A stretch of 63,670 nt of DNA, filler included, from Octopus bimaculoides (taxonomy: Eukaryota): the NCBI RefSeq assembly GCF_001194135.2. It is 5 parts of 5 records of this genome, joined end to end, with 100 filler letters (N's around TTAATTAATTAA, not from the genome) between each part and the next. Parts side by side here need not be neighbours in the genome. Positions count along the whole stretch, not along the records: positions 57,750 to 61,618 come from NC_068997.1; positions 61,719 to 63,670 come from NC_069005.1; 3 more parts are not named here. The stretch is one strand, 5' to 3'. The notes beneath the pieces were generated by a model that was given only the letters and a program-made list of their open reading frames with translations, was not told the DNA's origin and did no database searches. Positions 61,561 to 63,670 of the stretch are shown in pieces. Within the stretch, counting starts at the first letter, position 1; every line of letters starts with the position of its first letter. The position numbers and the translations under genes are program-made.

Positions 61561-61718
61561 CACAAACAGCATCATCAGCATCATCAGCATCATCAAAAGG
61601 AAGAGGCTATGTCATTGTNNNNNNNNNNNNNNNNNNNNNNNNNNNNNNNNNNNNNNNNNNNNTTAATTAATTAANNNNNNNNNNNNNNNNNNNNNNNNNN
61701 NNNNNNNNNNNNNNNNNN

Positions 61719-61799
<81 letters not shown>

Positions 61800-62304
61800 T
61801 ATTGCTCTATGTTTCTTTGGGGGAATATATGTGGGCGCATGAGAGTGTATAGGTATGTAATGAATACAAACATTTAACAGGAAAGTTAATTAACTCAAAT
61901 AAATTTATCATGGAATGAAAATGAAATGATCCTCATGTTGTTCTTGTTGTATAGCCGATCAGACAGATGTTTTATGACGTCACCCCTCGTATGTGAGTGT
62001 GAGAGTGTGTATGTGCATGTAAACGTGCGATTTGTAGTTGCTATTATATTTAGTGTTTGTAAATGTCTATGTATACGGGGCCATACACATGTATACATAT
62101 ACATACATATGCATGTGTATGTTATATACTGATATGTATATGTATTCGTATATATAAGTATATATATACATACATAATCGTATATACACAGATGTATGCA
62201 CACGTGTTTTATATATATTGTGTGTATATATGTGTATTTATATGTATCTGTATGTATATGTATTTATATGTATGTGTGTGTGTGTGTGTGTGTGTATTAA
62301 CACA

Positions 62305-62620
62305 AATGGGCTGTAGCGGTGGGCAAGTGTGAAAAGCAATTAAGCGAAATAACGTACTCAATACTGTTAATTAAAGTTGAATGATATTTATTCAAACGTT
62401 GAGTGTCTGTCTGTGAATCACTGCAACACGTTTCACGCATCCTCATCTTCAGGTGACTAGCGACAAGTCTTACGCTGTTCGAATCATCGGTGGAATTTGA
62501 AACCCGCCTCCACCCTCCGTAATTATTGGTACGAAACAGCGTATAACACTGTGTAAAAAAGTGACAGTAATCTTCAATAAAGGTTCATGTATAAACTTTA
62601 TATAAGAATTATTTAGGCGT
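62305..62620 (-). mobile_element. Probable Penelope-like pLTR with hammerhead-like motif
   Basis: Minus strand AGTCAC-CTGAAGA-TGAGGATGCGT-GAAA-CGTG-TT-GCA-GTGATT, followed by AATAAA. Confidence 0.5.
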
Positions 62621-62709
62621 ATACAGAACGTAGCCTGCACACGGACGCACACACACACACGTGCACGTATATATATGTATATGTATACATTCATACAAAT
62701 ATAACAGAT

Positions 62710-63136
62710 ATTGTTATATTTCGGGATAGTCATATTTTCTTTTTCTTTTTCTTTTTTTGCCAAATAAACACACACGTTATATGTTCGTTTTGCACTCATT
62801 TATTACTGTTCTTATATTATCTTATGTCTAATGTCTGGAAATCTTTCCTCACACATCTGTGACTTCTTCAACGACCTTTTCCTGCTCCGCTCAATCCATT
62901 CTGTACGTAGGAATTACTAATTCATACTGTACTTATCTTAAGGAGATGGGTGAAGTGGAGCAGGAGGATAAACGTAAACAGACAGTGTCACTGAAGAGGT
63001 CACAGATATGTGTCGAAAGATTTCCAGACAATGGACATAAGATAAAATAAGAACAATAATAAGCGAATGAAGAACAAATATGTAGTGTGTGTGTGTTTAT
63101 TTGGCAAAGAAAATTGCCGTCGCGAAATATAACAAT
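62710..63136. mobile_element. Large foldback element, about 190-bp arms and about 40-bp spacer
   Basis: ATTGTTATATTTCG...TGCCAAATAAACACAC...TTATCTTATGTCTAATGTCTGGAAATCTTTC...CCTGCTCC is mirrored by GGAGCAGG...GAAAGATTTCCAGACAATGGACATAAGATAA...GTGTGTTTATTTGGCA...CGAAATATAACAAT. Confidence 0.8.
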
Positions 63137-63169
63137 TTATATATGTGTGTGAGTGTGTATGTATGTATG

Positions 63170-63203
<34 letters not shown>

Positions 63204-63670
63204 GGTATGTATAATTTAGGACAAACAGTATGTTGTCATTATAGTATTCGGAGTTTCAAATGTCGGAGCGAAGAGCTACAATGCATTCTCGTCGGCTATG
63301 AACGGCAATAGACGCTATGAAAAACCGTTGAAAAAAAGGGAAATTTCTCTAAAAGGTATAAAAAAAGGAAAAGCGATAAAAGAGAAAAGGTAAAAAAAAA
63401 AATACACGCAACCATATTCTAACAATACATAGACATAAAACTTCCTGTGTTCGTAGCGTCTACATACGTACACACTCACACAAACATGTATATGCACATG
63501 CGCATACACACACAAGAAAATATGTGCATATACGTACTCATACATGCACACATATCCACACATACACGCACACACGTATATATATATATATATAAGTATA
63601 TGTGCACGCAACTTCATTCTCATATACACATAGGTGTCCAAATATACGTATATATGTATATATATATATA

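Overview
This is eukaryotic, AT-rich, microsatellite-dense draft-assembly DNA with many N gaps. It is not prokaryotic: I see no operon, CRISPR, rRNA or true tRNA. The repeat repertoire best fits a coleoid cephalopod, Octopus-like (inference from family recognition, not a database search). That repertoire comprises tRNA-derived SINEs including a CORE-type family, RTE LINEs with (GAT)n tails, R4/Dong-like RLE LINEs, Penelope-like pLTRs, maT and mariner relics, Helentron-type and piggyBac-type MITEs. Most entries in the supplied ORF track are spurious translations of (TA)n/(CA)n repeats or N runs. Convincing coding signal is limited to TE proteins plus one stop-free minus-strand ORF (463 to <1) with a Myb/SANT trihelix-like motif that the track missed. 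A host gene may thread through the window, but I can offer only low-confidence candidate exons. The most interesting signals are five minimal hammerhead-ribozyme-like motifs in different Penelope-like termini (one nearly intact, one apparently killed by CpG decay), microsatellite-anchored RLE LINEs, a mirrored SINE-HINE-SINE block, a 66-bp hairpin array in an RTE 3'UTR, and several long foldback elements. All alignments and folds were done by eye, and repeat boundaries are approximate unless terminal motifs are quoted.
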